Assembly: GCA_963738405.1 (NCBI GenBank) | Contig: CAVTWJ010000001.1 | Location: forward strand, 128,001-192,000 | Source of the DNA: a candidate division FCPU426 bacterium | Lineage (GTDB): Bacteria > Oederibacteriota > Muellerivitia > Muellerivitales > Muellerivitaceae | Direction: 5' to 3' | Length of the DNA stretch: 64,000 nucleotides | Shown here: positions 8,692 through 19,000 of the stretch, one piece after another | Layout: each line of letters opens with the position of its first letter | How positions within the stretch are numbered: the stretch's first letter is position 1 | Notes under the pieces: generated by a model | Database searches by the model: none | The model's input: the letters and a program-made list of their open reading frames with translations, nothing else | Told to the model about the DNA's origin: nothing | Translations under genes and position numbers: made by a program

Positions 8692-10518
8692 TTATTTTTT
8701 CTCGTTATCGGATGACAGGTCCATGAATTCCATGATGCCCTCAAGCACCTTTTTGGCGATGGGCGCGGCCACGTCTTTTCCGGTGCCGCCGTTTTCGGCG
8801 AGGATGGCCATGGCGATCTTGGGGTTTTCGACCGGGGCAAAACAGATAAACCAGGCATGGAAATTGGGGTCTCGGGAGCCGGAAGTGCCGGTTTTGCCCG
8901 CGATTTTGAGGCCCTTGATTCGCGCTTTTACCCCGATGCCTCGTTCCACGTCATTGAGCATCATGGTGGTGAGGAACTGAGCCGTTTGCCGACTGATGGT
9001 GTTTTTGTAGACTGTGGGTTTATTTTCCTCGAGCGTAATGCCGTTGATGTTCGTGAGCTTATCCACCAGGTAGGGGGACATCATGACGCCGTCGTCGGCG
9101 ATGGCCGAGGCGATGAGGGCGGCGTTAAGAGGCGTGATGCGAAATTCTTTGCCCAGTCCCGTGGCCGATTCAGCCAACTCATAGTGGGACAAACCCAGCT
9201 TGGGAGAAAAACCCATGGAAACCGGAATGTTGAGTGATTTGGGAACGGAATTGAAGCCGAACCGGTTATTGAATTCAAAGAGGGTGTCCTCTCCAAGCGC
9301 CATGCCCAATTTGGCATAGGCCACGTTGCAGGAATCGTCGAAGGCTTCCTCCAGACTTCGGACGGCCTTATGTTTTTCCCAGTCATAAAAGAATTGCCCG
9401 TCGATATTGACGTAGCCCTTGCAATAGAGGGGAAAAACCGTGTTGAGATTGAGATTTTTTTCGACCGCGGCGGCGGAACTGACGATTTTGATAATGGAAC
9501 CGGGCTCGTACAAACCCTCAAAGGCACGGTTTTTAAGGGGGGTGTTTTTGTTGCCGATATAATCCCACCAACCTTCATGGATTTTTTCAGGGGTGAAGGT
9601 GGGTTGGGAAACGCAGCCCAAAATTTCACCGGTGCGGGGATCTAAAACCACAATAGCGCCTTTTTCCCACCCCATGGCTTTGGAGAGCACCCGTTGGATG
9701 CGGCTGTCGATGGTGAGGTAAAGCTTGTTTCCTGGGAAATATTTTTGGTAAACCGATTCTAAACCCGCCGAACCCCGGTTGTTCGTGGCGGCCTGGTCCA
9801 CATAGCCGATGAGGTGGGCGAATTCCTTGCCCATGGGATATCCTTTGGCGCCGTTTTTGACCCATTGAAGCGCCAGGGGAACCCCGTTGCGGTCATAGAT
9901 GTAATAGACCGAACCGCGGTCTTTTTCTTCCCGAGCTTGATCCAAGAGGGTTTGTAATTTCTTGTTTTTGGGATCAAGTGTTAGGGCTTTTTCGTAGGAC
10001 TTTTCACCGTTCACGACTTCGCCGAGCGCCCGTTGGGTGGTTCCCAAGGCGATGTAAATCTCAGGGTTGTTGGGTTGAAGATCTTGCGCATGTTGAATTT
10101 CCAATTCAGCTTGGCCGTAGAGGCCCTGATCAATGAAGGATTGGCCGAATTTGAGATGATCAAATCTTTGACTGAAGGCGAGGCCCGCATTCATGGCCTG
10201 AGAGTATTTTTCCTTCGCTTTATCGAGATTCCCGGCCTTGAGCTCGACCAAACCAAGACCGTCAATGGCCCTGGCATTGCCCGGATTTCGGTCCAAAACC
10301 TTGTTGAATTCCATTCGGGATAATTCCAAATCCCCGGTTTTCCAATATTTAAGGCCTTTGAAATAGTTGTACTGGTTTAAAAGATAGGTTTTGGACGTTA
10401 CAACCCCGCTGACGACTAGGGCTACCAGGACTACTGTTCTAAAGGAAGGCAGTTTGGTTCTGCGCTTTCGTGAGAGGGGTATGGGTTTGTATTTGCTAAA
10501 GGGATCGTATTGCGCCAA
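8692..10518 (-). CDS. Class B-like penicillin-binding transpeptidase with N-terminal TM and TPR repeats
   Basis: SxxK (PGSIIK), SxN (SCN), KTG (GKTGT); IYDRNG and LTIDS.IQ class B motifs; TPR-like repeats about aa 50-195; TTG start after AAGGAG. Confidence 0.85.
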   Translation of the reverse strand: MAQYDPFSKYKPIPLSRKRRTKLPSFRTVVLVALVVSGVVTSKTYLLNQYNYFKGLKYWKTGDLELSRMEFNKVLDRNPGNARAIDGLGLVELKAGNLDKAKEKYSQAMNAGLAFSQRFDHLKFGQSFIDQGLYGQAELEIQHAQDLQPNNPEIYIALGTTQRALGEVVNGEKSYEKALTLDPKNKKLQTLLDQAREEKDRGSVYYIYDRNGVPLALQWVKNGAKGYPMGKEFAHLIGYVDQAATNNRGSAGLESVYQKYFPGNKLYLTIDSRIQRVLSKAMGWEKGAIVVLDPRTGEILGCVSQPTFTPEKIHEGWWDYIGNKNTPLKNRAFEGLYEPGSIIKIVSSAAAVEKNLNLNTVFPLYCKGYVNIDGQFFYDWEKHKAVRSLEEAFDDSCNVAYAKLGMALGEDTLFEFNNRFGFNSVPKSLNIPVSMGFSPKLGLSHYELAESATGLGKEFRITPLNAALIASAIADDGVMMSPYLVDKLTNINGITLEENKPTVYKNTISRQTAQFLTTMMLNDVERGIGVKARIKGLKIAGKTGTSGSRDPNFHAWFICFAPVENPKIAMAILAENGGTGKDVAAPIAKKVLEGIMEFMDLSSDNEKK

Positions 10519-10642
10519 TGGAGGCTCCTTAAAGAGAAGGCATTCTAATGGTTGAATCAGAATTTATATTTAAGATTTTGCGGTTAAATTATGGAAAAAA
10601 TCGAAAATGAAATCCTGAATGGTGCTGGTTATAAATGGCATA

Positions 10643-10672
10643 TTGACCTGTTTTAACGTTTTTTTCTATAAT
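10643..10672 (+). promoter_or_regulatory. Putative sigma70 promoter for the phosphodiesterase gene
   Basis: TTGACC-N18-TATAAT in AT-rich divergent intergenic region. Confidence 0.55.
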
Positions 10673-10796
10673 TTATTTACGTGTTGGAAGCGAGAAAAGA
10701 TTGAAACATGAGTAAATCCACTACTTGCTGACACGCGATGTTTGACTCCCTGAAAACGGATTTAACCGCTTAGTAAGGAAAGCCAAGGAGATAACC

Positions 10797-13016
10797 ATGC
10801 AAATCACCGCCCTCGCCCCGGGATGCTTTCACTTGGAAGGCCCGCAAACCAGCGCTTTGTTGGGCAGCCCCCCCGAAATACTTAAAGTTCTCCTGAAGAA
10901 AAAGAAACAGGTTCCTCAAGTCGGCATTTTGCCTGATCTTTCTCATCGAAACGGCGTTTCTCAAATGGCGTTTGAGTTTTTGGGTTACTGGTTTCTTTTT
11001 GTGGAGCAAGGGTATCAGAGGAATCTGAAATTTAGGGTTCTGGGAACCAAGGCCATGTGTGAAAGGCTTTATGCCATCCTGCGGATCACCTTACTTGGGC
11101 CCGGCCGGGAGGATTTGAAGGAATGGGGAGTCAGCAAAAGCCGGTCCGAAATGCTCGTGAAAATGTCCGAAGGGCTGGCCCTTAAAAGGAACGGCCTCGT
11201 CCTAAAAATTGAAGATCTATTCGAATTTATCCATCTTCCTGAGGAGGAAGGCGAAGTCTCCGTCCCGGTTTTCGCGGATTCAAACCAAACACTCATTAAA
11301 CGTTTAGGCGGGAATAGGTACGAGATTGTTCACGAAGACCAAAGAACACTTTTGGACCTGAACTTTGAGGGGGAGCAGCTTCCTCCACTGGTGGATCTTT
11401 CCGGAGAGGTGGAAAAGCCGCAAGGACTACGGTTGAAAGTTCTGGGCTGTTATACGGGCTTTGACCCGGAGGGACCCACGACCGGCATCCTGCTTTGGAT
11501 CAATGGAAACGCCTTTTTGGTGGATTCGCCCGCCGGGATTTCCAAATACCTGAAACAGGTCGGAGTTTCGAAAGATCGATTGACGGCTGTGATCCAGACC
11601 CATGTGCACGACGACCATTGCGCTTTAAGCGAGCTTCTTCTCTCCGAGCGCTCCATCAACCTTATCTCAACGAGGGAGATTTACGAATCCACCGTTTTGA
11701 AGGTGGCCAATATTATCGGTGAATCGGCCGAAATCGTCCGCCGGATGATGCCCTTTGTGGAAGTGATTCCCGGGAAAAGCTATTTCCTCTATGGGGCCGC
11801 TTGGGAATTCTTTTATACGGTCCATTCCATTCCCACTATTGGGTTTCGCGTAACGGTTCCGGATGAGACCGGGAAAAATCACACCCTGCTGCATTCCAGC
11901 GATTTGGACCATTTCAAAGGCATGGCCCAATTGGCGGCGGATGGAAGCATCAGCGTGGAGCATATGGAAAGGATGAAAAACCTTGTTCGCGGGGATGAGG
12001 ATTTGGCGATGATCGACGCGGGCGGTGGAATGATTCACGGCGAACCCTCGGACTGGGACCCTATTATCGCCAAGTTTCTGAAGACCGAATTTCTCTTTTA
12101 CCACATCAATCCCTCCAAGCTGGATACGGTCAAATACCAGGTGGCCCGCCCTGGCTGGGGAAAGACCTTCATCTCGGAAAAGCATTTTCCACAATCAGTG
12201 TTTAGCGGCGTGACCCAAGCCCTACAGCTATTTCAGGTGAAAGATTTAAGCTGGCTTAATATTCTTCTTTCCCAGGGGAATGTGGTGACATTGCCCGCTG
12301 GAAGTGAAGTGGTGAAAAAGGGAACCGAGGGTGATCATTTTTATTTCATTCTTTCAGGCACCTTGGATGTGCTGGATGTGGAAAACGGCCAAGAAAATCT
12401 TTTAGCCACATTGGAAGGCGGAGACTTTTTCGGGGAAATGTCGATCATTAACAAATCCAAAACGAACGCTACCGTTTTGGCTAAAACCCCGGTCATTCTT
12501 TTTTGCCTCGCGGGAGATCTTTTTTTGGAATTTGTTGAAAAAAACGAATTGCGTGAAAGTTTCGCCAGCCTTTGGAAAAGGCGGCCTTTGATTTCATCTG
12601 TCGCAATCTTCAGAAACCTGGACCCTACCGCCAAACATGAGATTTCTCTTTTGGCTCGCAATCAGGTTTTCGAGAAGGATGAGATTATTTTCAGGCAGGG
12701 GAGCAAGACGGAGGACTTTTTCGTTATATCCTCGGGTCGGGTGGGAATTTCGCGTAAAAACGACCATGGAAAGACCGTGGTTTTGTCTGAATTAAAAACC
12801 GGTGATTTTTTTGGAGAGAATGTGGCAATGGGGTATACGGACAAGCGAAACGCCACGGCTACCGCGATGTCTGAAGTGAGTACGCTGGTGATATCTTCAA
12901 AGGAACTTCGTGAATTGGCCAAGCGCATGCCGATTCTTCGCCATCAGTTGCACTTAATCATGAAACAACGCGGACTTCCGGAAGAGGTTTTTGAAAGAAG
13001 CCCGGTTAGTATTTAA
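10797..13016 (+). CDS. Metallo-beta-lactamase-fold cyclic nucleotide phosphodiesterase with two cNMP-binding domains
   Basis: THVHDDH (HxHxDH), HSIPT, two GDFFGE cNMP-binding motifs; AAGGAG SD. Confidence 0.8.
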   Translation: MQITALAPGCFHLEGPQTSALLGSPPEILKVLLKKKKQVPQVGILPDLSHRNGVSQMAFEFLGYWFLFVEQGYQRNLKFRVLGTKAMCERLYAILRITLLGPGREDLKEWGVSKSRSEMLVKMSEGLALKRNGLVLKIEDLFEFIHLPEEEGEVSVPVFADSNQTLIKRLGGNRYEIVHEDQRTLLDLNFEGEQLPPLVDLSGEVEKPQGLRLKVLGCYTGFDPEGPTTGILLWINGNAFLVDSPAGISKYLKQVGVSKDRLTAVIQTHVHDDHCALSELLLSERSINLISTREIYESTVLKVANIIGESAEIVRRMMPFVEVIPGKSYFLYGAAWEFFYTVHSIPTIGFRVTVPDETGKNHTLLHSSDLDHFKGMAQLAADGSISVEHMERMKNLVRGDEDLAMIDAGGGMIHGEPSDWDPIIAKFLKTEFLFYHINPSKLDTVKYQVARPGWGKTFISEKHFPQSVFSGVTQALQLFQVKDLSWLNILLSQGNVVTLPAGSEVVKKGTEGDHFYFILSGTLDVLDVENGQENLLATLEGGDFFGEMSIINKSKTNATVLAKTPVILFCLAGDLFLEFVEKNELRESFASLWKRRPLISSVAIFRNLDPTAKHEISLLARNQVFEKDEIIFRQGSKTEDFFVISSGRVGISRKNDHGKTVVLSELKTGDFFGENVAMGYTDKRNATATAMSEVSTLVISSKELRELAKRMPILRHQLHLIMKQRGLPEEVFERSPVSI

Positions 13017-13079
13017 GATTCTTCGTTTCTGCTCGCGCTACGTTCCGGGGCGGTAAAGTTCGCATCCTCGCTTTGGATA

Positions 13080-14988
13080 TTAAGACGAGGGAGCGCTTTC
13101 CAAGATCTGATGGGCCACGATGTTATTTGGATCGTCCGATAGAACCCGTTCCATGCAAAGTCTGGCTTCTGGATAGCGTTTGAGAATGTAATAAAATTGT
13201 CCCAAATTGTAATAAAACGCACTGAACTTTCCCCTGCTCCGGCGGATGGCCTCAAGGTAAAAGGCTTCCCCTGCTTGCGGGTGGCCAGTTAGGAAAAGGT
13301 AAACTCCCATCCGGGCCAGCCGGACGGGATAGATTTGTCGTTTGTAAAAGCCTTCAAGAAATGAATCCCAAGCCGATGGCGGCGATAATTTTAACAAAGT
13401 TGCTGCCTGACTCAGGATATTCTCCGGGACTCCTTCTGCTGCCATGAGACTCTGTGTCCCGGAAAGCAGTTATGGCAGGAGCGTATCCCCTGCGTAAATA
13501 AATTGCGGCTGTGCCATCAACGAAAACCGGCCTCCAGTTTTCTGTTTTTTGAAGGTCGGACACCCATTGATTGGGAAGAGTAAAGAATAAAATATCCACA
13601 TGGTATTGTTCTGCGAGGGAGAGAAGCCCCCCGGGTTGCCGTGAGGATAAATATTGAGAAAACAAACTTTCTCCGATTACTTCCAAGCGGCCGTCAATGA
13701 ATGCCTTTTGGGGCCCCTTCCAGTCCAACCAGTCACCACAACTTAACTCGCAGAGAATTGTTCTATCCAATCGGTTTCGTGACAGAAAATCTGTGGCGGC
13801 ATCGGGAAGTCTTTCTTGGTTGATTCCAAGGCCGAAAACCTCCTGCCGTTTGTCCGAATAGTAATAGGCATTGGTGAAAATTCTAACCCCGAGGCACAAA
13901 AGCAAGGCTGAGAGGGCCCAGGCAAGCGTAGGGCGCGTCAGAAAGCGCTCCTGATATTTGCGAAATTGGGGCCAGGGCAGGTCCTTCCAGCAGACGCCGA
14001 CTACTGGCAAGCAGGCGAGTAGAAAGAGCGGGATATTGCGAAGGGCCGTGGCGGATAAGTAAAAGAAAAATGACGCTAACAGGAATTCATGTGCCTTTCG
14101 ACGGTGTAAGGTTGCAAGAAAAAGGAACAAGAAGAAAAAACAAAAGCATTTATATCCCCAAAACGGATTCGAAAGTAAATCGTTGTTGGCGGGGTTCCAC
14201 GGCGACAGGAATTCCATAATGTTGTTTTTGAAAATATCCGTGTGGATGGTTTTTAGGATAACAAGGGGATGAAGGAAACCTCTAATTCCATAGGGGTTTA
14301 ATAGACAAGCGGCACCTGCCAATATTCCATTTGAGGTCAGTTTGTAATCGATTTTTCTTTTATGTATTAACTGGGAGATGAGAAAAATGCCTATCACGGC
14401 TAGCCCGATTGGGAAAATCCCTTCGGTATTGACCCAGATGAGTTGAAGAATCGGAAGTAACCAAAGTCGGTTTCTGTCTTCAATTACCCATGTTTCGAGA
14501 ACCCAAAGCATCATCCCCAACAGCGACCAACTGAGTATTTCTGGACGGATAATGAAGCGAAACTCACAGATCGAAATGGCCGCCGCCATTAAGGGCACTC
14601 CCATCCAAATGGGGCATCGTGTTTGCCTGAGCCGCCCCCAGGTGATGAAGAAAGCGGTTAAAATTAAAACGACGTTAAAAATAGAAAGAAGGGAGTAACT
14701 TCCCGCGAGGAAAACCAGGTGGAGAACGAAATCATAAAACCATTCGATGTCCAAGAATGGATGGTCAGGGACGGTATAGGTAAAGGTATCATTAGATGGG
14801 ATTTGATGATTTTGCAGAATCCATTGCCCGGTTTTCAAATGAAAACCCAGATCCGGATCCCAATTTTTACGACACGCCAGAAGCGCGAGTATTAGAAAAC
14901 ACGAAGCTAAGGTAAAAAACCAGGGCCGGGAAAAAGAAGCGTTCTGAATCGTGCGAAGGGGTGGATTGGAAAGCGTTGGGTACTGCAT
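13080..14988 (-). pseudogene. Polytopic membrane protein (GT-C-like) with C-terminal TPR, split by a frameshift near 13450
   Basis: ORF 13354-14988 (DPDLGFHLKTG.WI, RPE, FIDGR.E motifs) loses plausible sequence after GYAPAITAFRD; overlapping ORF 13080-13445 in another frame supplies a TPR tail (YYNLGQFYY...EARLCMERVL..DPNN). Confidence 0.6.
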
Positions 14989-15055
14989 GGGATAATTATA
15001 AACCCGATTTTAAGGATATGTGTTTTGAATGCCTCAGCTTAGGTCTTCGCCAAAT

Positions 15056-15643
15056 CTATTTACCGAACTGTAATTCCATTTGCTGCAGAATGTATATGAG
15101 TTCGTTATCCGTTGGAAGGTCATTCGGATTCTCCCCGATAATCTTATACCGAACTATTTTTTGGGGATCCAGAACGATGATGGCGGGATATGCGATGTCG
15201 TGAATCCCATGCCCTTTAATGTGCTGAGCCCCAAAGGCGGAAATCAGACTAAGGTGCGGATCGGAAAGGAGGGGAAAAGGAAACCGCCATTGGTGATTAA
15301 CGATTGAGGAATCTTCGAAGCTATCTGTGCTGATCGCCATGATTGCGGCATGCATTGGGAGGAATTGGGGGAAATCTTCTTTTAATTTAAAGAGCTGGTC
15401 CTTACAGGCGTTACACCAAAAGCCTCGGTACAAAACGATAACCGTGTACCAACCGGAAGGAACAACAGATAACTTGGTGATATTCCCGTTGTCGTCGATT
15501 AATGGAAAATCTTGCGCCTTGTCTCCAATTTGGAGCCCATTGGGATTAGACGCTGGGACAGGGACGGAACAGCTTTGGGTAAGCCAAACCATTGAAATCA
15601 GAATGAATAGAAAAAAACTTTGTCTTTTAATCGGATTATTCAA
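15056..15643 (-). CDS. AhpC/TSA-family peroxiredoxin-like protein, probable lipoprotein
   Basis: GDKAQDFPL, YRGFWCNAC (CxxC), AISTD, FPLLSD; signal peptide ending LTQSC. Confidence 0.8.
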   Translation of the reverse strand: MNNPIKRQSFFLFILISMVWLTQSCSVPVPASNPNGLQIGDKAQDFPLIDDNGNITKLSVVPSGWYTVIVLYRGFWCNACKDQLFKLKEDFPQFLPMHAAIMAISTDSFEDSSIVNHQWRFPFPLLSDPHLSLISAFGAQHIKGHGIHDIAYPAIIVLDPQKIVRYKIIGENPNDLPTDNELIYILQQMELQFGK

Positions 15644-15966
15644 AATTGATTTCCTGTTGAAAGGGTTTCAAAGCGATCCGCAGGGAGTCATGAGTTATTC
15701 ACAACAAATTATGGGTTTTGGCGTCACTTGAATAGGAATAAGATAAAGGTGCTAAAAAAGATTAAAACCTCTATGATTTAAATGAAATCAAAAACCCTTT
15801 GTTTTTAATGTTTTATATTGAAGATTGTCAGAACTGCTGTTTTTTTGTCGGAAGTTTAACCAAAAAAATGATTTAACGGGAAACTGGTAAATGGGGGTAT
15901 TGGAAATAAATACCACAAAATGTTGAAGTTATCGATAAACTGATAGCGCATGAAAACGTTTTTTTG

Positions 15967-15982
15967 GGGCATGAAAATTGCA
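15967..15982 (+). promoter_or_regulatory. Putative sigma54 (-24/-12) promoter for the expansin-like gene
   Basis: GGGCATGAAAATTGCA versus consensus TGGCACGNNNNTTGCW; GG(15968-69)-N10-GC(15980-81). Confidence 0.6.
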
Positions 15983-16037
15983 CTTTTGAGACAAAGAAGG
16001 TAATTTTAATGATGATTTGGGCTTATAAATTGCGGAT

Positions 16038-19000
16038 ATGCGAAAGGCGATCGCAAAAACCATGAAGAAAATCCAATTATCGCTCATCCTTTTTTTGACC
16101 GGTTTCTTTTTCGGCTTGTCCCCCCTTAAGTTGCTAGCCGTAACTTATAGCTATACTAATTATGTTCCCATTCCAACTTTAATGGCGACACCGCAATATT
16201 GTCCCAGTGATGCTGCGATTACCTACCAAGAAAACCAACCTACGACTTACCCCTTACCGACATGGGAAACCGCTTGCGGTTATGCCCAGGGGAGCTACGA
16301 TCCAAATAATTTTGCGGCCATTGATAGCGATAGTTTTGGGGATACGGCTGCAAAGAATGCGGTGGGAGGAGGACTTGGAGGCTTTCCTTGTGGAGCATGT
16401 GCAGCGTTGCATAATTCCAGCAATGGTGTTGGGGTGACGCTTGTTATTATCGATGAATGTCCCCAGGGCTCAGGGGGTGGTAATAATAATACATATAACT
16501 GTTGGGTTGGGTCTTATCACTTAGATATGTCTCAACAAGCCTATACGACCTTGGCGGGGGGAGGATCCTTCCCGTCGAATAATGCGGTTTCCAATTTGAC
16601 GGGTTCAACCGTAACGTGGCGTTTTGTTCAGTGTCCCAATAGTTTGTTAACACATAATAGCTCTTCTGGTGATATCTCCTACTATTGGCAAAACGGAGCA
16701 AAATCCACTTATAACCCGCTGATGTTTTTAGATTTTGCTTTCCCGCTTAAGTCGGTTTATTACAGCACCAGTTCTACAGGACCTTTTACGACTTCCCTTC
16801 CAAGGGATACTCCCAGTACGCAAAACTTTTGGGGAGGGAATAGCAATCCTACTTTTCCATCCGGCAACCTATATTTTCAGCTGAATAGTTACGAAACGAG
16901 CGTAGGTCCTGTAACTGTAAATGTTAATAATACTGGGGGCTATACTCCCCAGACCTCAGCAAATTCTGGAAATCCGGCTCCTGCGGTGTCCAACCAGCAG
17001 TTCCCAAATTGTATGACCGGTCCCACCTACACATTTACAAACACCCCAACAATTGGTTCACCCACGGCGACACCTACAAAAACACTGACTGTAACACCGA
17101 CTGCCACTAATACTGCGGTTGGTCCGCCCCCAGGTTGCCCCTATTACATTTATAACGGGGCTTCACCCCATGCCCTAGCCAATATAAAGGGTTGGTATTC
17201 GGCTAATGGCCCGGTTTCATCGCTTGTTGAAAATGCCACTGCGGCCCTGGATGGGGAATCGGTTGGGTTGGATTTTGGCGCTTCCGTGACCGCAAATGGT
17301 TATTACGCTGGTTTTGGTCTTAATTGGGCCAACTATTCTGGAGCCCCTGCTTCGCCTTACCAACCATTAGTGAACATTGGCAGTGGAAGTATTTATACGA
17401 CTTTGGTGTTCTATATTGAGAATCCAAACGCATCAGCAACTACCTTAATAGCCACGTTGGCGGATTATGAAGGCGGCGCCGCTTATTCATCTGTTCCCGT
17501 TACCTTTACGATTGGCGCAGGTTCCAATGTCGAGCAAATACCCTTGTCGAAATTTACCGCAAGCGGAGCAAGTTTCACGGCGGCGAATATAGGCGAACTT
17601 GATATACAAGAAACGAGCATGAGTGCTGCGGCTCAGTCGGTGTCCTTGTATTTCGGCGGATTCTCTTTCTATGGAACTTGTCCCACCTCTACGCCCACAT
17701 CCTCGCCAACGCCACTTTTTTCACCGACTCCTACTGGCACTCCCACGCCTATCCCCGGTTGTGAGTATCTTTTCTATAGCGGATCTTCTCCCCATGCTAT
17801 GGCCAATGGTTCGATTGGGACTTCGGTTCCGGCTGGTGGGACCGGAACAGTGGTTGAAAACACTACGGCTAAATTGAATGGTGAGACTAATGGCTTGGAC
17901 TTCCAGGCGGCTATTCCAGCGAGTGGATTTTATGCCGAAATGATGTTCAATTGGGCGGGTTACAACGCAGTACCCGTTTCGCCTCTCCAACCCCTTGTGA
18001 ATTTAAACAGCGGTCTTACCTATCTCGAGTTTTATATTGAAAATACTACCGCCGCCGATTCTCCCATGACTTGGAGCGTGGATTTGGCTGATTATGGTGG
18101 GGGTGGAGCTTCTGGCGTAACTGCTTCCGTTCCAGTGACTTTTGTCGTTACGGGGACAGGTGTCCAAAAAATTGATTTGCCCCTCTCCGATTTTGCGACA
18201 GGTGGAGCGAGTTATAGCGTTTCGCAAATTGGAGAAATAGATCTTGAATGGCATTCTTCGGCGGCAGCCCAAAACGCTACGGTTTATGTTGGCGGCATAG
18301 GGTTTTATGGAACGTGTCCGACTAATACACCAACCCCTACCGCGACATCCACAGCGACCCGCACATCAACACCAACACCAAGCCCTACTGCCACAGCCAC
18401 TGGAACACCGACGCCTTCCTTTACCGCAACGCCGACCAAAACGAGTACACCTACCGGAACACCAACCTCGTCACCCACCGCAACCCCTACTTCTACCGCC
18501 ACTGGAACGCCTACTCCTTCGTTTACGGGTACCCCCACCAAAACAAACTCTCCTACGGGGACTCCCACAACCTCTTCTACCAGCACCCCTACCGGAGCCT
18601 TTACGGCAACATCCACTCCCAGCTTTACAGTTACAAATACTAGAACATCAACCTCCACCAACACGGCGACGACAGTAGCTACATCCACCCCAACCTCTAC
18701 CCCAAGCCTTACTGGTACCAGCACTAAAACCTCAACCCCTTTGAATACGGCGACGAGCACGGCTACTGGTGCCTCCACTTCCACCTCTACACCCACTCCT
18801 CAATTTACTTTCACTGGAACTCCGATCTCGACTGCTACTGGAACTAGTACGAAAACCTCGACCCCGACTAGTACCGCTACCAGCGTTTCGACTTCTACGC
18901 CTACACCCATATTCACCGCGACTTCTACACGAACTTCAACCGCCATTCCCACCGCAACCTCAACACCTACCGGCACCAATACCCCAAGCTTAACATTTAC

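Noticed and set aside
10708..10731. uORF MSKSTTC in the phosphodiesterase leader
   Set aside because: No SD, no attenuator structure; likely chance
15695..15703. DnaA-box match TTATTCACA suggesting oriC
   Set aside because: Single box only; no cluster or replication genes nearby
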